A DNA stretch of 42,156 nt from Asterionella formosa (Eukaryota), in NCBI GenBank assembly GCA_002256025.1, contig NKIB01014603.1:1-42156 (forward strand), written 5' to 3'. Shown here piece after piece: positions 11,907 through 22,440 of the stretch. Below the pieces are notes generated by a model. That model had not been told where the DNA came from, did no database searches, and saw nothing but the letters and a program-made list of their open reading frames with translations. Numbering within the stretch: the first letter of the stretch is position 1; every line of letters starts with the position of its first letter. A program made the position numbers and the translations under genes.

Positions 11907-14306
11907 ATGCATTTCTCGGCTCGTTCAGCGAAGGTGCTGATGTGTCTATTTCTCCCTCTGTTTCTCCTGATATCGTCCCAACTTGTTGGTTTCCTCTACC
12001 TATTCCAGATCGCCATTGAAATCAATGACGATGATGTATGGACAAAATCTTTCAGGCGAGAAGAAGAGTACCCCATGACCATTGTACTGCTTCGATCTAT
12101 AGGGAACGCGCTGCCTCCACGACATCAAATTTCTCAGACGCTAGACAATCTCAATTTCACATTGACTTACGAAAAGTCGTTTCCAAATGTTATCAAGCAC
12201 TGGGTTCTCAACCGTTTCGTGGAAAAGGAAGTGGAACGACAGGTAGTCGAGCTGTTGGATCAGTATAGGCAAAACTATACTATCATCCCTTTTGACTTGA
12301 AAGAATATTCAGAACTGAAACTCGACTTTGATTTATTTGAACCCGGGGGCCAGCTTGATTATGTTCACGACATCAAGTATTTCAGGAATGACATGGATCA
12401 CAAAATGTTCAAGCAAGCCATTGAAGTGGAGAAAAATCTTTACGTATGTAACGTTAATGGCGCACGGAATAAAATGATCGACATTGGACTATCGATGGGA
12501 GCTACATGGATTCTTCCATGGGACGGAAACTGCTTCATCACGAATTACGCCTTTTGGTACATACAAAACCAGCTTGCCAAGGAGAAGGGAAAGTATGTCG
12601 TAACTCCTACACATAGGGTAGTTGGCGAAAATTCCCAAATTCTTGACTCGAAATACCGACGGGAGCCTTCGGAGGAGCCAATGATCAGTTTTCGGAAAGA
12701 CGCTGTCGGCAGATTTCATCCTAGGTTATGGTACGGTCGACGAGACAAGGTGGAACTACTCTGGAGAATGAATGTTTCCGGGCCGTGGGACAGCTGGTCG
12801 AATTTTTCAGTTTGGGAACAAGAGAAGTTGTTACTTCCTCGGTTATCGTTGCTGACTGATAGTGGCGGGGGAAATGTGTCAAAAGTAGGATGGACATACC
12901 GTCTGAATTCTGGAAATCCCCATTTAGAAGGTTCTGTAAACAACTCCAAAAGAATGCTTGCTCGAACAGAAAGCGTTACTTTGATGTTCGACAAACTTGA
13001 TTACAGGGTTGTAACTGAATTATTTGGATTCTCAGAGAACTCTCTTCTTTTCTATAACGAAAGCTCACTAGCTGAAGATCGCCGCCTCTTCAAGTCCAAG
13101 GATCCTCAGATTTCATCCCTGCGAGCTCAATTACTGCAACTTGCTGACCACTCCCTTTCCTTTGGTCCTTGGTCCGTCATGGATAAGCCAAAGAGTAGCT
13201 GCTCGCTGAGTAATAATTGTCATGACTACTACAGCTGGCAACCATACGTTTGGATACTTCGAGGAAAGGAAGTTAAGAAAACTAAATACGTTTGGCGTGA
13301 CTCTGTGATGTTACCTGCCACTTTGTTTAACGGAATCGCTAGTCAACGTTTTGACAGAACTCGACTTTGTTATATGCAGTACAATACCACTACCTTGACG
13401 TTGGCTTATTTCATGACTGGGAATATGACATACGCGTCCCATGCAGCAGAGGCAGTTCGAACATGGTTCATCAGAAATGAAACAAGGATGAATCCGCATA
13501 TGCAATATGCTCGAGTCTACCATTGGATTGCAAACGAAACTGAATCAAATGATGGCATCAGAGAGATGAAGGATGTCTACTATTTTCTCGATGCCGTTCG
13601 AATTCTACGGCAGGCGGGAACCCTTTCTGACGAGGATCAACTGGCGCTGCATGAATGGTTCACACTTTATTTATTCTGGCTCGAATCCTCACGCAAAGGA
13701 AGGAACGAATATACAGCCCCGAACAATATTGGAGTTTACTTCGACATTCAGATAGTCTCAGTGGCAGCCTTTGTAAACGACACAAAGACAATGTTATGGT
13801 ATTTGGATCGATCTGTCTCTCGCCTAAAGACACAAGTGAACCAGAGTGGGGCGATGCCGTGGGAACTTCGTCGAGCAAATTGCGAACACTATCAGCTTGT
13901 CGCCCTTCAAGGCTGGTTCACGTTGGCCAGAATTGGCAAGATTGTTGGGCGCAATTTATGGGATGCATTTCCGGAGGTAGTAGATGGTATGCATCTTTCG
14001 GCACTTTGTCGTGCGGCCTACTATGCTATTCCATTTTTTCGACCGAGAGAAGAATGTCCTGGCAACAAGCGGCCGGAGAACCCAAGACGATGGTGGCCAC
14101 TATGGTATGAAGCTCAACTCAATTGTCCGGGTCTACCTACGGCGAATGGAAACGGGCTATCGCCGCTGAATTCTGATTCGAATGGTGGCGAGTTCCTCAA
14201 ACCTTTCAAAAAACCTCCACCTACGAGTCGTTTCAGCATGCCAAGTATGTTTCATCCATATGATGGCATCGCACCCTTCTGGAACCTTGGTCTTGCTGGC
14301 AGCTGA
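11907..14306 (+). CDS. Type II membrane protein: N-terminal glycosyltransferase-like domain plus C-terminal alginate-lyase-like (PF05426-type) domain, paralogue 1
   Basis: Intact intronless 799-aa ORF with an N-terminal TM anchor. Motifs: IGNALPPRH, NVNGARN, WILPWDGNCF, GPWSVMDKP, HDYYS, FDRTRL, RTWF...TRMNPHMQYA, NNIG, ELRRANCEHY. Confidence 0.88.
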   Translation: MHFSARSAKVLMCLFLPLFLLISSQLVGFLYLFQIAIEINDDDVWTKSFRREEEYPMTIVLLRSIGNALPPRHQISQTLDNLNFTLTYEKSFPNVIKHWVLNRFVEKEVERQVVELLDQYRQNYTIIPFDLKEYSELKLDFDLFEPGGQLDYVHDIKYFRNDMDHKMFKQAIEVEKNLYVCNVNGARNKMIDIGLSMGATWILPWDGNCFITNYAFWYIQNQLAKEKGKYVVTPTHRVVGENSQILDSKYRREPSEEPMISFRKDAVGRFHPRLWYGRRDKVELLWRMNVSGPWDSWSNFSVWEQEKLLLPRLSLLTDSGGGNVSKVGWTYRLNSGNPHLEGSVNNSKRMLARTESVTLMFDKLDYRVVTELFGFSENSLLFYNESSLAEDRRLFKSKDPQISSLRAQLLQLADHSLSFGPWSVMDKPKSSCSLSNNCHDYYSWQPYVWILRGKEVKKTKYVWRDSVMLPATLFNGIASQRFDRTRLCYMQYNTTTLTLAYFMTGNMTYASHAAEAVRTWFIRNETRMNPHMQYARVYHWIANETESNDGIREMKDVYYFLDAVRILRQAGTLSDEDQLALHEWFTLYLFWLESSRKGRNEYTAPNNIGVYFDIQIVSVAAFVNDTKTMLWYLDRSVSRLKTQVNQSGAMPWELRRANCEHYQLVALQGWFTLARIGKIVGRNLWDAFPEVVDGMHLSALCRAAYYAIPFFRPREECPGNKRPENPRRWWPLWYEAQLNCPGLPTANGNGLSPLNSDSNGGEFLKPFKKPPPTSRFSMPSMFHPYDGIAPFWNLGLAGS

Positions 14307-15019
14307 TTGTGATTCGACACAGGATCCCTGCTTGCACTTTCGAAATCTCATACTTCTTTTGTCAAGCATCCCTTTCGGTCCATGGCCTTTTAGCAGGAGA
14401 AAGTGAGCAGCATGAAAATTAAGAAGCTTATCTTCTCAATTTTTCATAACTTTAATGAGGTACCGTGCCTTCCTCGTTACATTCTATTGAGTTTCAGTCT
14501 CGTCACGTGATGCAAAATAGAATGAATATTTGCTGCAGTGATGGAAATAGGGTTTGGTATTATGATGGGAACCAATGCTCTTATCTCCTCCGCATCATAC
14601 AAGTATGCAACAATCTACGTTCGCGAAGTAATTGTTTCTCTGGTCTTTTCTGGATAGACTCTACCAACCACCATATTTTGTATTAGGGGTACCATGGCTG
14701 GCTATATACATTCATCAAGGTACTTGGTAATCATGCAACATTTTCTACCGAACAAAACTGATACCATACACTGGGAATCCGGGAAAGTCCAAATCTATCC
14801 CTATTCTTTGAAACTCGTTCGTGCAGGTAGGAATGCCCTCATCATGGTCACTGTCAGTAGCCTGTCAGTGTCATGGTAGAGGCCGACCTGGCATGCATAT
14901 GAAGGGATCAGGTTTATGACTAGACCTAGTAAATAGGGAGTCTTATGGTTGGAACTCAAGGTACCAGGACCAGGTACAACCGGCTACTAGGTATGGTCAT
15001 CAACCCAACACCAGTCAAG

Positions 15020-16200
15020 GTCATGATATGAATAGTATTCCCACTCATTTCAAGATGCTCCTTGTACAAGGTAGTAACTTCTGCTTGCTTTTACTTCCAT
15101 TTCGACACATAATTCACTCCTTGCATGACAGCATGGCTTCTTGAAACTATGAGATGATCTATCTAACAGCAAACAAATAGTACCATTGAATTTTCTGGGT
15201 TACATTCCCAACTCTTTAAGCCTACATTGGCAGACTGTAGCACTGCGCCGACACTTGTCATTTATCATGTCCTCCTAGGACACTTCCACTCCCTTTGCTT
15301 ACTCATCCTCCACTCTTATTCATGCCCAACATGCTCTGTGAGACCTGCTGGTCACTCCACAGCAAAAATCAGTCAAATTTACCAGCTCCATCCTGCGAAA
15401 ACAAATTTTGCCTACTTTCTACACCTGTCACAGCAATTTCCTCAAACAAATGCTTATTCCTCTTCCCATGACTTTTCTGTCCCTCTCTACTACTTCCAAT
15501 TCTCTCATATTCACCTGGAAGACCCCTAGACTCTCTGGAAATTCCAAGAAATTGTTTTCTATTGCTCACACTCTCTCCCATCAGACACCAAAGAAGGCAC
15601 TAGCAGGAATATCACTTTCCTCTGTTCTCCCTACTGCATTGACAATCCAAGAGTCTTCTCTCTTGACTTGCTCCAAATCCACCATTGGCTAATCTACCAT
15701 CGGCTTCATCATTTCATCAAGTATTTTAGATTTATTTATTGTCTAAACCTGTCACCAGTCTAATTTCAGTCAATTACACCTCAGAACAAGTCGATGCCAG
15801 CACTGTCAAGCAAGACCTCCCTTCCAGCAAAAATATGCTTCCATCCCTTCTTTATTTCTTCTATCCTTTTGATTACCAGCAATTAAAAAGTACTTCAGTA
15901 CGCAAGCGTCAAGAATTCCTTTAGCTATAAATTTATTTTGGCTGCAGCATTTCATTCATCCAAAGCATATTGATACCTTTTTATCGATTCTAGCTTCATG
16001 CTATTTTTCCCACTCTCACCACTCTCTCTTTCTACTGATACCATGCATCAACTATCTCTTAAAGTATTTCTCCAACCCTGATTCAAAGCTTTTTTGTCAA
16101 CTCCTGTTGTCAGTGCTATCACCTACTGCTATTCTTACTTCTCCCCTCACTCATTACCACATGTTATCTGACTATGTACACACCTATTAGCTACAGTTAC
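15020..16200 (-). mobile_element. Possible highly decayed non-LTR retrotransposon fragment
   Basis: Purine-rich, stop-riddled coding-like sequence on the minus strand, with a WKCPRR segment reminiscent of LINE C-terminal zinc knuckles. Weak evidence. Confidence 0.25.
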
Positions 16201-16560
16201 AAAAAAATAAAAAAATTCTCCTCTTATTCTAAGAGCCACATGGGCAGAACTTGGTAGCTTGTACTAGACTTGATTGTTGATACCACTACTGTAAAACCCG
16301 CTGTCCTGAATGTACACAGCCAAGATTGATTTTACGTAGATAGAAGGGCTACGACACCATGCCAGCCCTTTTTAATTGCCAAACATTATGAACAAACCAT
16401 CTTCAACACCATTTTTTACTTAGTCTAAAACATAAATAAAATCATCAAAAGAGATATTGTTTTAGGTTCAAACAGTTTCTGAGATCAATTGAACTTCCAT
16501 TTTTGGTGCACTGGCGCTCCCAAATTATGCACTACAGCTGCTGGGATCATGATAGTAGAT

Positions 16561-16793
16561 TTTTTTAATTAAATTTTATAGTACATTAAAGCTATTCAAT
16601 AATTGCACTCGGGCCCACCAAATAGATGGACACAATTAGTACCGGTTTTATTCGTCTGTACGGTACAACGGGACCTGTCTTTTCGTCAGCCACACACCCC
16701 AGAACCCTAGGGACTAAATGAAAAAGACAGGTGGAGAATGCAGGAATCGAACCCGCCACCACAGTGGGTGTGCTAACCACTAAGCCATTCCCC
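16561..16793 (-). mobile_element. tRNA-derived SINE, copy 2 (full length)
   Basis: A/B boxes, short A tail, and a perfect 20-bp TSD CTGGGATCATGATAGTAGAT at 16541-16560 and 16793-16812. Confidence 0.92.
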
Positions 16794-17162
16794 TGGGATC
16801 ATGATAGTAGATATTGAGGTCAGCCAGTTAAATTTCGCGTTATTATCAACATGACAGCCAAGAAATATCGATGCATCAGGCAGAATACGCATGGTACTAT
16901 GCCGAAAAATATCAAGGGCACCACCAAAGCATTTACAGTCCATCACAATCAGATCCATAGCTTGAAGTGAGTGTTGCTGGATGATGAATTGCTGGGGGTT
17001 CAGGCAGTGGTGCTGGCCAAGGTTCCCATTCAAGAAGAATTATTCCTTCAGAGACAGGTATTTCTAGAAAAAGCGCTCAGCACCTAGGCCGCTCCCCCAA
17101 AAGTACTGCTGACTTCGAAGAGTTGAAGGTTATATTTTACTAGTAGTGGCTACAAGATACTA

Positions 17163-17404
17163 TGGGAACGGCTTAGTGGTGAGCACACATGTTGCGGTGG
17201 CAGGTTCGATTCCTGTATTCTCCACCTGTCGTTCTTTCATGTAGTCACTAGGGTTCTAGGGTGAGTGGCTGACAAGGAGACATGTCCCATTGTTGTACCA
17301 TACAGACGAGTAAAACCTGCACTAATTGTGTCCATTTATTCATTTATTTTGGGTATGAGTGCAATTATTGGATAGCTTTAACGTACTATAAGATTTGATT
17401 TTTT
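17163..17404 (+). mobile_element. tRNA-derived SINE, copy 3 (full length)
   Basis: A/B boxes and a 17-bp TSD GTGGCT(A/C)CAAGATACTA at 17146-17162 and 17405-17421 (one mismatch). Confidence 0.9.
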
Positions 17405-17465
17405 GTGGCTCCAAGATACTAGGGCCTCTACTACTACCATAATGCTCAGTGTTGAGCTGAAGAGG

Positions 17466-18250
17466 ACCCCCAGGGAAAGAAAATGGTGTGTCTCTGAAGG
17501 CACTTTGCCCTAAGCTGCTTGGGTGATCTAATCCAAACGTGTTCAGGGCATATGAAAAGAGTGAGCTATGTTTGCTTGCTGGGTAAATTTCATCTTGGAA
17601 AGGGGCATTTGATAACACTTGAGGCTGCATGGACCATTATGACTTGTTACCTTTCTTGGCTTACACTTGAGGGTAATTTTGTTCATTCACTAATCTAGCT
17701 TTGTTAAATCTTATGGGATACAGCTTACTAGAGCATAAGTCTTGGTTTCGTCTAGGTGTCCCTTTAACCATTAGGGAATCAATATATGAGACCCTACTCA
17801 AGATCAGACATTGTATTGAGTGGTCTGAAGGGCTTTTCAACCCAAATCTTGGTTCGATACTGATATATTCATGCAATGGATTGAAAATGTTTGGAAACCA
17901 TTTACTCCACTAGTAAGCAAAGGAGGAGATCCAACTCAACTCACAATGAATGACTTTTCAATCCATAAGGTTTGACAGTGTGTGGATGCATTTAAAAATT
18001 GCAGAACTGAAGTGGACTACATTCTTCCAGACTACATTCCAGACGTAGTAGGGGTCAAAAATTGTTTAAGGACTACATCAGGGGATACTGAGAAGATCAA
18101 ATGGTCAACAAATTGGACAACAGAAGAGGAGTCTAAAGGCATGACATTGGTTGCTCTGTGATACTCCAGAGTCACAGCACAAACAATCACCAATATCTGG
18201 AGGAGCATTGGGTTTGGGGGCTTTGCTAGTGAGAACAAGTCAATTAGTAA
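17466..18250 (-). mobile_element. Possible non-LTR retrotransposon RNase H-like fragment
   Basis: Not homologous to pogo copy 1. The minus strand has KGHLDETKTY, resembling the VKGHQD RNase H motif. Many stops. Confidence 0.3.
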
Positions 18251-18261
18251 AACATTTGATC

Positions 18262-18498
18262 TTTTTGTCAATTAAATCTTATAGTACATTAAAGCTTTCC
18301 AATAATCGCACTTGTGCCCAAATATATGGAAAAAATTACTAGTACCGTCTTTATTCGTCCGTAAGGTACAACGGGACGTGTCTCCTTGTCAGCCACTCAC
18401 CCTAGAACCCTAGTGACTACATGAAAGAACGACAGGTGGAGAATGCAGGAATCGAATCTGCCACCTCATGAGGTGTGCTTACCACTAATCCATTCCCC
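18262..18498 (-). mobile_element. tRNA-derived SINE, copy 4 (full length)
   Basis: A/B-box head and family body. Degenerate TSD AAACATT(T/C)GATC at 18250-18261 and 18501-18512. Confidence 0.88.
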
Positions 18499-18659
18499 TT
18501 AAACATTCGATCATTTGATTTTACTTCAAAACGTAGTGGAACAATCATTATTGTCGTTTAGATTAATGATAGCAAAGTCTATTAAAATAAAAAAACATTT
18601 TGAAATGAAGCAAGAATGATAGTTTTGAAAATGTTAAATTTCTAATAAGATTATTAATG

Positions 18660-19110
18660 TTCTCATGTAGATTGATTGAAGGACTTGAATTTTTGTCTTG
18701 TTTTTGTAACATCTGTTCCTAAATCAAAAAGTCCTTGAGACGCCGGAATGAACAAACTCCAAGGTTATTTTTGCTTTTTGCCATTTTGGTAGCTTTTTCA
18801 TTACAGTCATGCAGCTCAATGACTTGAGCAAAATTGATGACAAACCTGTCACTGGATTTCTCCAAAGCTGCAATGTTTTTTCCAAGAAAGCCAACCATGC
18901 ACAGCTCTGTCCCGCCCATCAAGTACCAGGACAGCCTTGATCCCTGCCTGATCACCTCCATCAATAGTATGCACCACTGAAGCATTGAACCTGACACATT
19001 CATTGGGCCTCACATTTGCCACACAACAGGCATGCTACTCACGACTTATTCCATTGGTAGTAACTCTGGGCCAATGATTTCGCCATGATGAATGTCATCC
19101 ACATTTGTCA
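18660..19110 (-). pseudogene. Second, convergent ORF of pogo-like copy 2
   Basis: Homologous to 562-906. The additional upstream part reads VDDIHHGEIIG..TNGISRE*HACC across a frameshift and a stop. Confidence 0.55.
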
Positions 19111-19208
19111 TGTAGTTTGTTGCTGCATGCTGTATATGTGAAGATACTTCACTTGTACCAGTAATATACAAAAATGCGAATCAATAAATAGAATTTAAGT
19201 TTCACTTA

Positions 19209-20872
19209 GAGCATCGCCACCGCATCGACCAAATACCAAGCCAATTGAAGTTGCGGGTCATTACACGTCATGATGCGTTGTGTTGGTCGAAAAAGCAAAA
19301 ATATTTTAGCCACCGCATCGACCAAGACCAAATATGCTTTGGTCTTGATCGAGGATGACCCCCTTATCGACCAAATATCAGGTATTTGGTCGATTAGACT
19401 CCGACTGTAGCCAAATAAAAGGAGCATTTCTATTGGTTTAGATTGTGGCTCGCGCCGGCAACATAACGTCAACTATTTAATTGATCCACAAACGCTTACA
19501 ATACACATTTACCTTACTCTCTTGATGTAGACAAATAATAAACTTAAGTACAAAAACCTTTGAATAATACCGGCAGCTATCTATAAAATGTTGTCCCTCG
19601 AGTCTTTGACGATCCCAATAAGATATCGTCATCCATTGTTGTCAAAGCAGCATGATACATGAGAAGGAGCAGCAGGAGCCGCAGGAGCAGCAGGAGCAGC
19701 AGGAGCAGCAGGAGCAGCAGGAGCAGCAGCCAACGAGGATGATTCATCGTTGGTTTCAGACAAAACCAAAGTTGGATTATTTTGGCGCTGTCAAGAGCAA
19801 CAATCGATAGCGATATGCGAGTTTCGTCAAGGCAGCATTGTTCCTCATGTACTGTGATGTGTCATTGTTGGCAGACTGCTGCATGTCCCTGGCTAGTATC
19901 GATATCTTCTTCCCTTGCATGCCATGGGTATATTGTGTAACATTTTACTGTGTCGATGGTTGATTAATCAGCCAAAGAATTTCAAAAATGTATCCAAGAG
20001 AGTTGTGCCATTTAATGAAGGGTTTCACGCCAATAAAGGCAATGCCATTTAATGGAAAAAATGAAGGAGGGATTAGATGTGATCCAATTGCATCTCAATA
20101 ATTCAAGTGCTTCCAGTACTCCACTGTCCCATCTGTCATCCACCACTGATGATTTTGATGTAGTAGATGATTCCAAATGAAGGAAAAATAATATAGATAA
20201 CATGTCATTGCTAGTATGATTGATTAGAAAGCTAGGCTATCGCTCTAGCTAATTGGAAAAACGGAAGGTTTTTCTATTCTAGAATACCAATATACAAATG
20301 CATAGTCATATTAGTTTTTAATGGGCAGTTTAGATAGGCGTAGTACTAGCTGCGTAAGAATAATGAAAAAAAAGGAAACGTGGTGCTACAACTATTCAAA
20401 AAACTACAGGTACAGACTACCAGTAGCTAAGCGACTTCCTTTTATCCTCCGCCTCCTCCTTCGGTTGCCTTTTCTCGTTTTCTTCTTGTATAGGTATGTT
20501 TAACTGGTATGTACGGAAGTGTAGGAGCGGTCGTCATCTGATGAGTCGCTATCGTTGCTCATTTCATCAGGCAGATACATATGGATGAGTACCCTGGTAT
20601 GCTACCACAAACCACGCAGTGCGTCCCATCATTTTCTTATTGGTAGTAATCGGGTTTATTAATATAACGATACACATGTATAACAGTCTAGTGCTATTTC
20701 TATTCGCTAAAAGTTTTGGCGCGAGGTTTGACTATTCTAGGATTTGGTCGATGCGGTGGGAAAAAATATGAAAAATTCGACTATTGATAAAAAATTTCTC
20801 AACCAAGTCACGTGTATTGATATTTTCAACTGCAATTGGCTTTGGTATTTGGTCGATGCGGTGGCGATGCTC
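19209..20872. mobile_element. PIF/Harbinger-type non-autonomous DNA transposon (1664 bp)
   Basis: TIR GAGCATCGCCACCGCATCGACCAAATACCAA(A)GCCAATTG at both ends. TTA TSD at 19206-19208 and 20873-20875. Subterminal repeats CCACCGCATCGACCAA at about 19310 and about 20745 (inverted). Confidence 0.9.
19665..19730. repeat. (GCAGGAGCA)n 9-bp tandem repeat, about 7 copies (poly-APA on the minus strand)
   Basis: Seen directly inside the Harbinger-type element. Confidence 0.9.
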
Positions 20873-21035
20873 TTATATCAAGCTCTTTTAAGACTACTCA
20901 TTTGCGAGACCGCGTAGCGCTTCTTGGCACTTCCAGCCCTTGATGTTCATGTACATATGTATACCGGTACTTAATTACCAACCCAGGGTCATCCGAACAA
21001 ACGTCGTGACTTCGGGCGCTGGTGTGCAAGGATCA

Positions 21036-21213
21036 GTACCTGGTACCTGGTACCGGTTTATCCTCTGTATGGTACAGCGGGGACCTGTCTTTTTAATTCA
21101 TTAGCCGCACCCCCGGAACCTTCGGGACTACAAAGAAAAAGAAAGACAGTCGGAGAATACAGGAATCGATCCTACCACCTATGAAGGTATGCTAACCAAC
21201 TAAGCGATCGTCC
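21036..21213 (-). mobile_element. tRNA-derived SINE, copy 5 (diverged, 3'-truncated)
   Basis: Reverse complement reads GCTTAGTTGGTTAGC..GGATCGATTCCTGTATTCTCC..TGTAGTCCC..GACAGGTCCC..TAAACCGGTACCAGGTACCAGGTAC. Confidence 0.8.
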
Positions 21214-22440
21214 TGCAAATTAAAAAATAGAATACTTCAATGCAATGGATGTGGCAGTTTTTTTAATAGCACAGATAATATATTTGGGAGTGTTGCGCCA
21301 GATGAACAAAGGGCGGATGTACTACTTTGTAAGCAACTATGGGAGACAGGACACCGGGTTTACGGTGCTACCACTACATAGCGATTCTAAGTAACTTTGA
21401 CACAATTACCATCTTGTATGTTTCGTCTTTCTCCATAGTATGTAGACCGTGTGGGATTGTAAGTAAATGTAGGAGTAAATTTGATGCGAACCGTAGAATA
21501 CTATAATAGCGAGCCAAGAATAACGCTAAGTATGCATCGTAAATGGCTTTTTGAGTTCATTGCTAAGTAATGTGTTCCATTCCCTAACTCCGGGTTCAGT
21601 CCGTGTCTTTACTCCGGGTTCTGCGGCAGTCGAGTTGCGCTTAGCTGACTATATATGGCAGATGGCTTGGCAATGCTTTAGACCGCTTCTCTGAATTGGC
21701 TTCAAAGAATTGTGCGCTTTGCCCCTGTACTATTTCGATGAAGATAACCTTGTGTGGTTGCTCTCTTCTCCTCTTGCATGAGCTGCTGGCTCTTGGTTGT
21801 TCAATTCAACTCTAAAAGCTAGATCTTAATAGTTGCATTGTCACTTTTTATGTCTCAGCTTCGACTCCTTCGATTCGGTTGCAAGATCATTTGTAATACT
21901 AGCTCGTCACTTGGCATCGCCCCCATTGCGTCCATCCTTGGACCAAAATACCGGTAGATCTGAACAGCATGATTGTACAGTCGAACATACGACATGTTCA
22001 GTAGTACTGGTATGGCAGTACACTGGTAAATAAAGTCTACCAGTAGACGTCAACAGTAAACGATTACCGGTACCGGTAGCTGGTGAAACATACCAGGTAC
22101 TAGCTAAGTACCACAGTCTGTATACCTTACTGTAATTGGTAGAATTAAACCCAAGTTGAATTTTCCTGTAGGCCTCTGGTATATGTATACTGGGTCATTT
22201 CAATACTGGCACGGTATTGATCTGAAAATACAAGTGGAAGGACCGTGTTACAACAGTATTTGCCAGTAGAAAACCCGGTTTAACTGTGGGGGTTTAATTA
22301 TTTGGTTTAATGAAACCTTGTAGGAACGTGCTACATGTAGTACTAGCTAGTACTACTCCAGTACTTCTACGCTGCTAAAAATTAAACCCATCACCATGAT
22401 GATTGATGGTGGGAGTGAATACTAAAATAAAGAGGTTTGG

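Larger units (their letters stand above)
16289..21365 (+). mobile_element. Pogo-like DNA transposon, copy 2, with both TIRs and multiple nested insertions
   Basis: Left end TA|CTGTAAAACCCGCTGTCCTG at 16289; right end CAGGACACCGGGTTTACGG at 21347-21365 is an imperfect inverted copy. Internal segments (16289-16530, about 16900-17465, about 18655-19040) are colinear with copy 1. Confidence 0.78.

Noticed and set aside
13655..14110. Alternative-frame ORF conserved with 28348-28662
   Set aside because: Explained by nucleotide near-identity of the host paralogues; start points differ.
16731..16793. SINE heads as genuine tRNA genes
   Set aside because: No variable loop, anticodon arms differ between copies, and each head is fused to a common body flanked by TSDs.
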